63,115 nucleotides of DNA, filler included, from Octopus bimaculoides (GCF_001194135.2; 6 parts of 5 records of this genome joined end to end with filler, not necessarily neighbours in it); one strand, 5' to 3'. Counted from the whole stretch's first letter, positions 46,929-59,531 are shown. Numbers and translations: made by a program. The notes: generated by a model not told the origin, from the sequence alone.

Positions 46929-47194
46929 ATTATGTACATCATTTACATTTGACGGATATTTGTCCTCATCTTGTTTGTTGTTAATACATCGTTTCGGCTG
47001 ATATACCTTCCAGCCTTCATCGGATGTCTTGGGGGAAATGTTAACATCGAAAAATACCTTAGGAATGAGAACTCAGGTTTGAAATTTTTCCCAAGACACC
47101 TCATGAAAGCTGGACTGTATATCAGCCGGAACGTTCTGTTAATAACAAACAAGACGAGGACAAATATCCGTCAAATATAAATAATCTAAATAAT
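46929..47194. repeat. Palindromic element with ~105-bp arms, each carrying a hammerhead-like motif
   Basis: 46929-47037 is the inverted copy of ~47085-47194. The track ORFs 46943..47152(-) and 46971..47180(+) give mirror translations. Confidence 0.85.
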
Positions 47195-47828
47195 ACTCTC
47201 ATGTTTTATATTTTGTTCACTAAATTGTTTTAAAATTGATCATGCCGTATTACAATAGCGATTCTATATTCATCTATTTGGATGGCAGTATGTGGTAAAG
47301 ATAGCAAAATATTACATGCGAAATAGCCTTTCCGTTTAACGTTAAGCCTCACATCTAATGCTCAAACAGATACAAAATATAACCAACAATTTTTTAAATA
47401 TTGTCCTATTTTCACTTATATTTAACTTAATCGTGATTCTATAATTACTTCTTAGAAATTACTGTCACGATGCTTCATATTTGAAGAAGAAAAAAATTAC
47501 TTTGCTTAACCAGGGATGCCTCCCAATGTTAATGTTAATAAGTTAATGTTATTTCAGTAACATTAACGTATCTAGAAATGAGACCTCTAGAATTTAATTC
47601 CCTTTAACTGCATATTGAAACCATTAAGCCGCTTGTGTTTATGTTCATTTATTCACCACCAAACTCTTGGAAACAAGAAAGGCGATGCAAATGTAATCAC
47701 AATGATACGACAAAGAGGCAAACCTGAATTATGACATTCAACATATTAAAGGAAATTACGATATTAAACAAGTTGAGTATTTTCCTATTGTAGCTGAGGG
47801 TCAGGACAATACAGCTGCTGCAAATTCT

Positions 47829-48600
47829 AGTGCCGGTGGTAACGCTGGTTGTGGTAACGGTGGTTGTGATACCCGTGGTTGTAGTACTCGTGGTTGTGGT
47901 ACCGGTGGCTGTGGTACCTGTGGTTGTGGTATCGGTGGTTGTGTTACCAGTGGTTGTGGTACCAGTGGTAGTGGTACCTGTGGTTGTGGTATCGGTGGTT
48001 GTGTTACCGGTGGTTGTGGTACCTGTGGTTGTGGTACATGCGGTGTGTTGTACCTGTGGTTGTCGTATCGCTGGTTGAGGTATGGCTGTGTGTGGTGCCA
48101 GTGGTTGTGGTGCCGATGTTTGTGGTGACTGTTGTTCTGATGGTGGTGGTTGTGGTACCGATGCTTGTGGTGCCGGTGATCATGGTACAGGTGGTTGTGG
48201 TAACAGTGTTTGTGGTGCTGATATGTGTTGTGGCGGTTGTGGCGATGCCGGCGGTTGTGGTACTGGTGAAGAGGAGGTAGCGGGTGGGGGAGGGAATAAG
48301 GATGATGAGAATTACGAGCAAGATGATGTCGATGATGAAGACGACGACGCGGACGAGGAAGAAGACAAGGAATATGAAAATGGTGATACTAATGATGATG
48401 ATGACGACGGGGAAGAAGAGGAAGAGGTGAGTAATGATGACGACAACGATCATGACGATGACAGTGATGATGATGACGACGACGACGATGATGACGCTAC
48501 TTATGACATTGAGAATTATGATTGTGATCAACGAAATGGCGATGAAGCCGATAACACTCATGGTAACACCGGTTATGTTGAAGATGCTGTAGTTGAGGAC
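47829..48600. repeat. Low-complexity tract: 15-bp GGTTGTGGTACCNGT repeats, then GAT/GAC/GAA-rich region
   Basis: Directly visible. Possible coding role is discussed in findings. Confidence 0.85.
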
Positions 48601-50701
48601 GATAGTATGTACCAGTCATGTCAATATATTACAATAATTTCGATATTTAACTGACTTACATTGGAGATAAAGGGATTTAACTGGGGAAGTTGACATATAA
48701 AATTAAGGAGGGAATTTAGATCTTTATCGAAGTCATATAATTGAGCACATATTTGTATATTTTAAGCCGATACCAAAATTCAGAGCTTTCGTTCTCGTCT
48801 AGAAAAAAGCCATAAAGTATTATGCGCAACACAATACCATCTCGAATTGTTATCTCAGGAAAATAATTTTTGTCGTACAGAAACATATATGAGTACGTGC
48901 CTATGAGCGCTTTTACATGTACGTATGGTTTGTATGTATACGTAAATGGATATATATATATTTATTTATTTTTTTATTTATTTATTAATTTATGGGTTTC
49001 AGCCAAGTGGCTGTGGTCATGCTGGTGCACCACCGTGATTTTCTGTCTTTATGCTTTGCTCTCTTCACGTTCCTTGCATGGCTCTTCTCCTGCACCTGAT
49101 ATAGTCCAATCAAGAGTTTTGATGTGGTATAAGAGAATTTGACATCGCTGCCCTAAACGGTGTCTCATTTCGNNNNNNNNNNNNNNNNNNNNNNNNNNNN
49201 NNNNNNNNNNNNNNNNTTAATTAATTAANNNNNNNNNNNNNNNNNNNNNNNNNNNNNNNNNNNNNNNNNNNNGTAGTATCGATCCACAGAAAAGAAATCA
49301 AATATATTGATTACCCACTATTTTTGTCTCGTCTGCTCGTAAGTTCACAAGTGGTCGATATTGATCTGTTTTGACAAGTCACACAGCTGATTTCCCATGG
49401 GGGGGGGGGATCCTCTAATCGAATAATCGAACGTAAAGACATGTGCCAGTATTATTGATCTTTTATCGATTCCGGTTGCATGACGTGCCATGTTGTTGTT
49501 ATTTAACTCCCAGTCTGCCCTGATTGAGCAACCATACGATTAAAAGCACTCCAGCCATGACCATCCAACCTATTTTTACTGCAAAGTGTATCTTGGACTA
49601 CACTGTCATGTGCGTCAACTTTGAAGATGGTAGGGTGAGCTTTGAAAGAATTGGTCATGGCCGGAATCTTATTTTAAGCTGGTCAAGCAACCACGCTGTG
49701 GTTTGTGGGTGTGGTCGTGGGCGTGGTTTTTAGGCGTGGTCAAGAGGTGTGAATTGCTACTTTATTTTATTGACCCCCAAAACGATAGAGGACAAAGCTA
49801 ATGTTAATAGGATTTGAACTCAGAACATAGAAAGTTGGAACAAATACTACAATGCTTTTTTTTTTTTTTTTGATGCTCTACAAACTGCCGGTTTGTTGCC
49901 TTAATCCCACCCTACTAATTTTTAAAAAAAAAAAGGAAAGGGCACATTGAATAATGCAGTCCTGCATACAGATAGGTAGATGGGTTTGTCATGGCTGACA
50001 TGTCGTTGGACATAGATCTGCTTGGTCAGGATTGACTCGGGATTAAATAGCAAAATAACAACAACAACAATATTTCCAAAGGACAGTATCCTCCTTACGC
50101 AATCTAAACAACTATAAAATACACATACACTTGTCCATACATACACACAGACATACATATACACAAAGAGACNNNNNNNNNNTAAAAAAAAAAAGGAAAG
50201 GGCACATTGAATAATGCAGTCCTGCATACAGATAGGTAGATGGGTTTGTCATGGCTGACATGTCGTTGGACATAGATCTGCTTGGTCAGGATTGACTCGG
50301 GATTAAATAGCAAAATAACAACAACAACAATATTTCCAAAGGACAGTATCCTCCTTACGCAATCTAAACAACTATAAAATACACATACACTTGTCCATAC
50401 ATACACACAGACATACATATACACAAAGAGACATACATATACATATACACATAGACATTCATATACGTATACACATACACAAAGAGACATACATATACAC
50501 ATACATATACATAAAGAGACATACATATACACATACATTTTAGTTTGATACTTACACACACAAGAGTATCAGTTAATTATGATTTTATTCAACATATTCC
50601 CCTCTCAGACTCACATTGCAGCGGTCCTTCAGGTTTTCTAAGTCCTGTAAAAAAAAACCCGGAAAGTTGGGCCTCCAAACAGGCCTTTCGCGGTATCCTT
50701 A

Positions 50702-51155
50702 AAGCCACCTCCCTCAATACACTCGCCCTCTGTTGAGTCGGATCTACAAGATTGCCTGATAGCACACAACGTGCAACACAAGCTCACCAAACTATAACAG
50801 TATTACAAGCATGAAACTTAAAGTAGGTCACATATAAATATTGTATATGTGTGTGTGTCTTTGTACCTGCCCCCATCACTGCTTGACAGCTGGTGTTGGT
50901 TTGTTTATGTCGCTGCAACTTAGTTGTTTGGCGAAAGAGACTGATGGAATAAGCACCAGGCTTTAAAATGAGGTAATGTTGTTGATTTAGTCAACTAAAA
51001 CTTTTCAATGCAGTCCTAGTAAGGGCTGCATTGTAAGTAAGTGTTTTAGTCGACTAAATTAACCACAGTATTTATTCTATCAGTCTCTTTTGCCAAACTG
51101 CTAACTTACAGGGACATAAACAAATCAACACCAGTTGTCAAGCAGTGAAGAGAAA

Positions 51156-51201
<46 letters not shown>

Positions 51202-51340
51202 TTTTAAATGTGATCTGCAATAAGTTTCATGCTTATAAGAGTGTTCTTGTCAGGTGAGCTTGTATAGCATGCTGTGTGCGATCAGGCAATCTTGCAGACT
51301 CCACTCAACAGAGCGGCTGGAGTATTAACGGAGCTGGCTT
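50702..51340. repeat. ~640-bp imperfect palindrome centred near 51019
   Basis: 50702-50820 is inverted at 51221-51340. Inner SINE-derived arms ~50877-50955 and ~51072-51148. Core CAATGCAGTCCT/AGGGCTGCATTG. Confidence 0.8.
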
Positions 51341-53743
51341 GAAGCCAGGTGTCGAGAGCTTAATGTATGATAGAGGGACAGGACATATTTATATATATAA
51401 TCTGTGTATGTGTATTATGAACCACTGGCTATGACATAAGATCTGTACAGTGTGTGTGTATACGAATGTATATATATATATATATCTGAGCGTCCAATAA
51501 TACTATCCATATCACGTCCTCACTTTGTTGTTTTTTTGTTATTGTTTTTTTTAACTATATATATATATATATGTGTATACGAATGTATGGATCTATTTTA
51601 AAACGGGGGCCACATTTTTCATTAATGTTTTACGTAGTGTTTTTGGTACCGAAAGACTTTCAAACTTCGTATACTTATCTATTTTGTGTTATAGAACAGA
51701 AAAATATTTTTGTATTCGAATTTATTTCATGTAAAAAATTGCCTTATTTCGATAATTCCAACCAATCACTNNNNNNNNNNNNNNNNNNNNNNNNNNNNNN
51801 NNNNNNNNNNNNNNTTAATTAATTAANNNNNNNNNNNNNNNNNNNNNNNNNNNNNNNNNNNNNNNNNNNNCCGTAGGATCCTCCGACGAAGGGGTAGGGT
51901 GGCGAGGTGGAAACGGAGTGGGAAGGGAGTACGGTTAGGGGATTGGTGTGGGGGAGGAGAGAGGGCGGTGGTGCGGTCGATTCGACGAGCGCGGGCGAGG
52001 GCGGATTGGACAAGGTGGGAGGGATATATATATATATATATATATATTCATATAAAGCCAGGATTCTTTCGGAAATTAAAAAAAGATATCTAATATATTA
52101 TTAATAAAGCTGAATAAAATAAGAAAAAAAAAGCTTCTATATTCTTAATGTTTAATCTTTTGCTTGTTTCTCTGAATCGAAAGATCTTGTTAATGGTTGG
52201 TAGACCCTTGAAAATGAGTTGTGTCTTTAACATTGATAATGTTTTGTAAAGTTACTTTAATATTTTATCTTTCAATCTGATAATTTTTACATTGAAACAT
52301 AGAATGCCATAAACTTTTCTGAATAGTCTCCACAAGAACATAAAATTGATTCCATACGACCTGTTCGTGATAGAATATAATTAAGAGGAATAATGCCGAT
52401 GCGTAGTCAAGAAAATCTTTGTTTATTTCTATTGTTCAGTAACTGATAAGTTATATACGATGATAAATCTGGTTGAGTTAATGGAGGATTAAACTTTGAT
52501 AGTTTATCTATTGATTCTTTCTGATATTTTTTCTACCCTTCACTGATTATGTTTTTACTAAATGGTTTTTACTTGAAACAGATTTGAAACGTAATCTGTC
52601 TACTATTTCTTTATGGACTTCATCGCTTTTCGCTAGTTCATTTGCTCTCTTGTTTCTCTGTTGTATCTAAAATATTTCTGTGACCTGGTAACCATTTCGT
52701 TGTTATTTGTTTCTTCATAATTTTCAAATAAATGCGAGGTATTATTGTTATAAATTTTAGAAATTATTATTATTATCACTTTTTTCTTTTTTTTTTTTTT
52801 GATCAGTAAAAAGAAATAATTATCTATTATGATATATGTGCAGGCGTGGTTGTGTTGTAAGAAGTTTACTTCCCAACCGTATGGTTACGGGTTCAGTCCC
52901 ACTGAGGGTGAAGTTATTTACGATCTTTTCTGTTTACCATGGTGAAGGAAATATATATTTATATTTTTGACTCGTTGCCAGTAGTAGACATCGTCAGAAC
53001 GAAGAAGTCAGAGGTAGAGAGAAGAGCGAAAGATCAATGGTTACATCGTAAAAGAGAAGTTCAAAGATTCGAGTGTCTTACATTATCGTTACGTCCATTG
53101 TGAGGTGGATGAAGAATATAAGTTAGTTGGACCTGTGGTCTCACGGTTATTCAGTGGCATGTCTTCTTGTGACTTCGGGGGGTTCACCGGCGGTGCAATG
53201 TAATGGAGCTAAGTCTGATTAGGGAAAACCGGTGCTATTCATGTCATTGAAATATAGGTTGTATGTGGTTCGTATTATTACAGGAAGTCATATATTGGTG
53301 TAAAATATGGAACGAGCGTTGGTCCGATCTAGCGTGTAGAGAGACTCATTGCCGTAATACTATTTTGTTATGAAGAGTTCATAAAGAAAGAGGGTGGGAA
53401 GGAAAGTTTGCGTGTAAGTATCTTAGGTGGTTCTCGGTAAAAAAAGAATTATGTGTATACATAAGCTAGCGTAGCATGTAGAGGAGGTAAATAATTATTG
53501 GTTTATTATATGGGTTTGGAGTAGGGTAACGTAGAATATGTGTTAGGTATTTTGTGTATTTATCTATAATAGAAGTTTGGGTTGGTGTAAGTGGTTAAGG
53601 GGAGGTAATGCGCTGGTGAGTAAGTCTACTAGTAGAGTGAGGCCAGGATAGTGATATGTACGGGATAGAGTGGGCTTAACAAAACTTAGAAAAGATAAAC
53701 TGGACTATATGCAGACAAAAAATATTATTTTCATGTTTTTTAT

Positions 53744-54090
53744 TTAGTAGAGACGGTTAGCCATTAATATATTCAGGCGCTCTGTTAGATCGCACCGCTT
53801 ATTAGTAGTGTTACAAGACGAGGTAATTGCTAGGATGCGCCATTTTAAACTATAATTATTTTTGTTATCCTTTAATTCCCAGGTGTAGCTACTAAGCTCT
53901 GTAGAGTTGGCTTTACTTCTATTTCTAAAGCTAGATTGGTGCGAGTTGTATCTCAGTATCATTTGGTCTTTCGTAGCGCCTATATACGATTTTGTATGGT
54001 TATTTGTGAGTACGTCGCATTGGTAAACTACATTTTCTATTTTACACCTATTTGAGAATTGGCACTTATTTCTGTTTCTGCAGTCACATA
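53744..54090 (-). mobile_element. Penelope-like element GIY-YIG endonuclease domain
   Basis: CDCRNRNKCQFSNRCKIENVVYQCDVLTNNHTKSYIGATKDQMILRYNSHQSSFRNRSKANSTELSSYTWELKD..YSLKWRIL: Cys-rich linker, VVY/YIG motifs and the PLE C-terminal signature. Confidence 0.85.
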
Positions 54091-54228
54091 AAGTATTCTG
54101 TCTATCTGTGCTAGCATCGTGTTGAGTGGGGTGCTATTGTTTGTCAGGTCGTTGTCTGTGTTGCTTGAAGGCGCATCTTTAGGGGTGGATTTCTTCTATT
54201 TGCCGGTTGGCTGTTCTGTTTCATATAC

Positions 54229-54318
<90 letters not shown>

Positions 54319-54539
54319 ATGCATGCTTTGTTTTATTCTTTTACTCGTCTCAGCCATGCAGCTGCGGTGATATTTCTGATTTCCTCTGAGTTGTTTCACA
54401 TCACCACTCCTGTATGTGCCTTTGTCCCAGCTGTTGACTCATTTTGTGTATAAGGGAGTTTGATTCCGCTACCCTTGTCTCTACCTCATGTCGGGCTGTT
54501 GGTTCATCCGGTACTGTGGAGAGGAGGATGTCTAGCTCC

Positions 54540-56270
54540 TTTTAGAAGACATCTACTTCCACCTTATCGGATTTCTTAATGTTTGTGGTAGAGTATTAAA
54601 GAGCTGTGGGTCTTTGCACCCTAAACAATCGCAGTATCTGGTCCTGAATTTAGATGGAGTGGATGATACCTTTGGTACAATACAATGGCGGCTAATTCTG
54701 GTATTTGTATAGCACTTAATGCCAAAATTAGGAACTAGCCCCTCTAGAGTTTTCCATATGTAGATTATTATATATCTTTCACGCCTTCGCTCCAAGGAGC
54801 AAAGTTGCAGTTTTTTCAGCGTATCCCTGTAGCTCATCCGCTGCACTCTTTCAGTCTTTTTAGTGTAGTGGCTCTGGACTGCCTGAAGCTCCGTTGTTAG
54901 TTTGCCACTATGTGGTAACCATAACTGGGAGCAGTAATCCAGGCGGCTCAGAACAAAAGTTCTCCACAGGGTCAACATAGCTTCTTGGTCACTTGTCTTG
55001 AAGGACCTCAGTATCCATCCTGCCAGTTGTCTGCACTTTGCTGCCATGTTGGCAATATGCATATAGAATGATGCGTCATTGCACATACTCAAACCCAAGT
55101 CTTTCACTGCCTGTGACTCTGGGATTGTAGTGCCTTTGGGTCCTGAATATGCAGGCTGTAGTGAATTCGTGAGTTGATAGTGCAGTATTTAAAATGTTCC
55201 AGCATTAAACTGCATGTTGTTTATTTCGGCACACTTATATATCGAATTCAGCTGTAAGCTAGCGACATCATCTTGGTTTTATTATTGCCTGTGATAATTT
55301 TGTATCTTCGGTATAGCTAGTGACAGTGACTCTCTGAGTGACCAGGGGCATGTCTAAGAGGGCTATTATGAACAGTAATGGGTCCAGAACAGTTCCCTGG
55401 GGACACCACTTGGGTTTTGCGTTTCCCCAGAAAGGGTACCATTGACTGCAACTACCTGACTTCTGTCTTCAAGGAAGTCACACAGCCACTCTCTTAGTTT
55501 ACCAGCAATGCCAGGTCTCGTAGCTTATGCCATTATCTACCTTATCAAATGCCTTTGCAAAGTCAAGGTATATCACACTGACATATGAATGGTCAAGCAG
55601 CTGGTGTTTCAAAACCCAGTCATAGTACTGTAGGAGTTGTGTGAGACAGCTTCTTCTTAGGCGGAAGCCATGCTGTGCATTGTTCAGTAGGTCATTTTTT
55701 TTTTTCGAGGAATATTATTAACTTCTTTCTGATGGTTCGCTCCATGACTTTACTGATGTGTGAGGTCAAGGAGATTGACCTGTAGTTTGGGGCCTCTGCT
55801 CTGCTTCCACCTTTGTGGATAGGGCATATGCGTCCTTTCAGCTTTTTAGGAAGTTAACCATTTGCAAGGAAACTTTGGAAAAATATTTGAAGTAGTTTTG
55901 CTCAGACCTGCTTACATGACTTCATTAGAACAGGTAGGAAGCCATCAGGACCAGATGTGGAGCATGAGCTCATTTCATCTATGACCGCTGTAACATCTGT
56001 CGCCTCAATGTTAATGTAATCAATAGCTGGCGCCTCCTTTTTTAAAGCTGCAATGTTAAAGAATTCGGCCGGATTTTTTTAGCTGCATGTATCCAAGGGG
56101 TGAAGCGAACAGACTTTTAAATTGTTCACTGAGTATCTCACTTATCCTTTCTGGATCTGTTGCCAGTGAGTCATTCTCTTGGAACAATGGTCCTATTTTA
56201 TATTGTATAGTGGCTGTTTCTTTTGCGAATTTATAGAAAGCTTGGGGATTTGTTTTTATGCTTTCCACAG
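54540..56270 (-). mobile_element. CR1-like LINE reverse transcriptase (degenerate)
   Basis: NYRSISLTSH, QHGFR.RRSCLTQLL, YLDFAKAFDKV, GVPQGTVL.PLLF, SYTEDT (YADD equivalent, ~55301-55320), KDLG, SRLDYCSQLW, SLERRRERY. Confidence 0.92.
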
Positions 56271-56278
56271 CTCTCTTC

Positions 56279-56330
<52 letters not shown>

Positions 56331-56529
56331 TTCTCTCTCTTTCTCTCTCACTTTCCCTCTCTCCCTCTCTCTCTCTCTCCCTCTCTCTCCCTCTCTCTCT
56401 CCCTCTCTCTCTTTCTCTCTTTCTCTCTTTCTCCTTTTCTCTCTCTCTCTCCCTCTCTCTCTCTCCCTCTTTCTTTCTTTCTCTCTTTCTCCCTTTCTCC
56501 TTCTCTCTCTCTCTCACTCTCTGCTCTTT
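56270..56529. repeat. (CT)-rich microsatellite
   Basis: Directly visible; abuts an N gap. Confidence 0.95.
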
Positions 56530-56762
56530 NNNNNNNNNNNNNNNNNNNNNNNNNNNNNNNNNNNNNNNNNNNNNNNNNNNNNNNNNNNNNNNNNNNNNNN
56601 NNNNNNNNNNNNNNNNNNNNNNNNNNNNNNNNNNNNNNNNNNNNNNNNNNNNNNNNNNNNNNNNNNNNNNNNNNNNTGTACGAAAAAAAACAACAACAGA
56701 CGAGGACAGGTGGTGTAAACAACAAAAGGATGTATTAGTTTAACGCTCGGGAATACAGAAAG

Positions 56763-56799
56763 TCTTTAACGTTTCGAGCTACGCTCTTCAACAGAAAGA
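56763..56799 (-). ncRNA. Minimal type I hammerhead-ribozyme-like motif (variant core)
   Basis: Minus strand TCTTT-CTGTTGA-A-GAGC-GTA-GCTC-GAAAC-GTT-AAAGA. Helix I (5 bp) and helix II (4 bp) pair perfectly, helix III is palindromic ACGT. Core differs from CUGANGA at A6. Confidence 0.55.
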
Positions 56800-57019
56800 A
56801 TACGGAGAAAACAAGGAGAAAAATACGAAGAAAAAAAATTGAATGGTTTGGTCAGCGATTAATCATGGCTTACATACATATATCTATATATGTATATATA
56901 TATAAAATATATTCAATAATAGGATAAAAATCTTTTACAAGAATTTTATCAGGAAGCTAGTGTGTAAAAAAATTCATTAGGGAAATTTCTATTCCCAAGA
57001 ATATAATTATTCGTTTATA

Positions 57020-57217
57020 TCTATATAAATATATATATAAAATATATATATATAGATAGATAGATAGATATACATATGCATATACATACATACGTATGTA
57101 TATGTGTATATACATATATATAGATAGATATACATATGCATATGCATACATACATGTGTATATGTGTATCTACATATATACACTTACATATATATATACA
57201 TATATATATACATATAC

Positions 57218-57263
<46 letters not shown>

Positions 57264-57390
57264 AAATACATATATATATATACATATGTAAATATACAAA
57301 CATATGTATATATACATATGTATATATACATATGTATATATACATACTTATGTATATATACATACATATGTATATATACATACTTATGTA

Positions 57391-57428
<38 letters not shown>

Positions 57429-57455
57429 CATATATATACAAAGAGAGAGAAGGAG

Positions 57456-57486
<31 letters not shown>

Positions 57487-57580
57487 GATATAGCTATATA
57501 TATATATATACACACACATATATATATACAAATCATATATACACATATGTGTGTGTATATATATGTGTGTGTGTGTGTGT
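57020..57580. repeat. (TA)/(TACA)/(GATA) low-complexity tract
   Basis: Directly visible. Confidence 0.95.
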
Positions 57581-58306
57581 ATGTTCCCATACCTTGAAAT
57601 AATCTGAATTTACACACACACACACACACACAGACACACACACATATACATTCGCAGATATGTGCATGTGTTGGTGTATTTGAATATAATTTGGTTATAT
57701 TTATATGCACATATGTTTCTCTGTATACGCTTGTGTATATGTCTATACGTAACTTTGAGGTAGTGAGATGCTTGGTTGACGGTGGCAGTAGTAACCATTC
57801 GAATGTTAGCGCCTCAGGCGGCTAAAAATCATGGCGTACACTTACCAGCTTATGTGTTTGTATAGGTGTGTATATGAGCGGGTAGGTTGCCTGGTCGTTG
57901 TGCGTGTCGTGTGTGTACGTGTATAAGGCTATGTCAACACTTGAGTATTAGTGTGTTAGCAAATGAGTTAATGTGTGTGTGTATGTACGTGTACGTAAGT
58001 ATATGCGTATGTATATGCGTATGTATATGCGTAAGTATATGCTTGTGTGTGTGTGTGCGCGCGCGTATGCGAGTGTTTAGGTGACAATTACTTTACAAAG
58101 TCTGCCTGATGTCGCTGCAGTGCTACACTGGACATTTGCAACACAGCAGCGACATCTGCAGTGTCTTGGTCGGCGGAGAGTTGAACAAATATGATGAAAG
58201 AAGTGGAAAAGAGATTGCATCAGAAGTAAGGGAGGGAGGGAAGGATGGAGGGAGAATGAGGTGGAGGAAGATAGTTAGTCCATCGTTGTCAATAACAGCG
58301 GGACAT

Positions 58307-58309
<3 letters not shown>

Positions 58310-58342
<33 letters not shown>

Positions 58343-58402
58343 AGAAGAAGAAGAAGAAGAAGAAGAAGAAGAAGAAGAAGAAGAAGAAGAAGAAGAAGAA
58401 GA
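58310..58402. repeat. (GAA)n microsatellite
   Basis: About 30 GAA units. Confidence 0.95.
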
Positions 58403-58819
58403 AAAGGGCGGCGAAGACGAGGAGAAGGAGATACAAAGTGAAAAGATCGGTGGCAGTTGAATGATGAGAAAGCGGGAAGCGATCCAATTTGGTGTATGGT
58501 TAGAAGAGGAGAAGAGAAAGTAGAGAGAAAGGGAGGCCGAGAAAGTGTGCGTCTGCGTGTGTGTCTGTGCAGGGGTGTGTATATGCGTGTGTGTGTCCGT
58601 GTGTACACGTGCGTTCTGTGTGTGTATGCGTTTTATGGGATGCTGGGATTGAAACTATTGTTTAACTTCAGTTGATTCCTAATCGAACAGACCTCTGACG
58701 GAGGCAGTCCAACTATGACTCTCATGTCTGATCTCAAGACCACATGGTCGTTGTTTTAAGATAGCAGTGTGTAAGTTGGGGTGAGATTAGGCTACTGTTT
58801 TCCGTTGGGTCGATCTCGT

Positions 58820-59115
58820 CATATCCGGTAAATTCACCGACATCAATTCACCGCAGGGGAAGTTCACCGTCATCAATTTGCCACAAAGAAAGTTCACCGA
58901 AAGGAATGTTCACTGCAAGGAATGTTCACCGCAAGGAAGTTTACGGAGAGATAATGGGAACTCTGCTGCGGTAAATTGATGGTGGAGAATTTACTTACGA
59001 TGAATTGATGGCGGTGACCTTACGTACGATGAACTGATGGCGGTGACCTTACGTACGATGAATTGATGTCGGGGAACTCTCCTACGATGAATTGTTGGCG
59101 GTGAACCTGTAATCC
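58820..59115. mobile_element. MITE-like element with inverted arrays of ~15-bp subterminal repeats
   Basis: Left half has repeated TTCACCG and right half has repeated CGGTGA/CGATGAA, including 30-bp tandem copies. Confidence 0.6.
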
Positions 59116-59249
59116 GATCGCGTGATGAGATCCTGGGAATGTAGTAGCTAAATGTGGTATCTTAAAACATGGCCACTCTAGGTAGCTGCCCAGGGACTCT
59201 CAGGGGTGTCGGGGCCCAATTTTGATCTATGTATTCTCTCTTTCTCTCT

Positions 59250-59531
59250 TTTACTTGTTTCAATCATTTGACTGTGGCCATGCTGGAGCACCGCCTTTAG
59301 TCGAGCAAACCGACCCCAGGGCTTATTCTTTGGAAGCCTAGTACTTATTCTATCGGTGTCTCTTTTGCCGAACCGCTAAGTTACGGGGACGTACACACAC
59401 CAGCATCGGTTGTCAAGCGATGTTGGGGGACAAACACAGACACACAAACATGTACACACACTTACATATATACATATATACATATATACGACGGGCTTCT
59501 TTCAGTTTCCGTCTACCAAATCCACTCACAA
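59250..59531 (-). mobile_element. SINE (truncated by scaffold join)
   Basis: TTTTACTTGTTTCAATCATTTGACTGTGGCCATGCTGGAGCAC...CGACGGGCTTCTTTCAGTTTCCGTCTACCAAATCCACTCACAA. Confidence 0.8.

Noticed and set aside
49923-50431. 250-bp direct repeat
   Set aside because: Apparently identical copies on either side of a 10-N gap: the signature of unmerged overlapping contig ends.
58833-59105. Short regular repeats resembling a CRISPR array
   Set aside because: No unique spacers, the arrays are inverted, there are no cas genes, and the context is eukaryotic.
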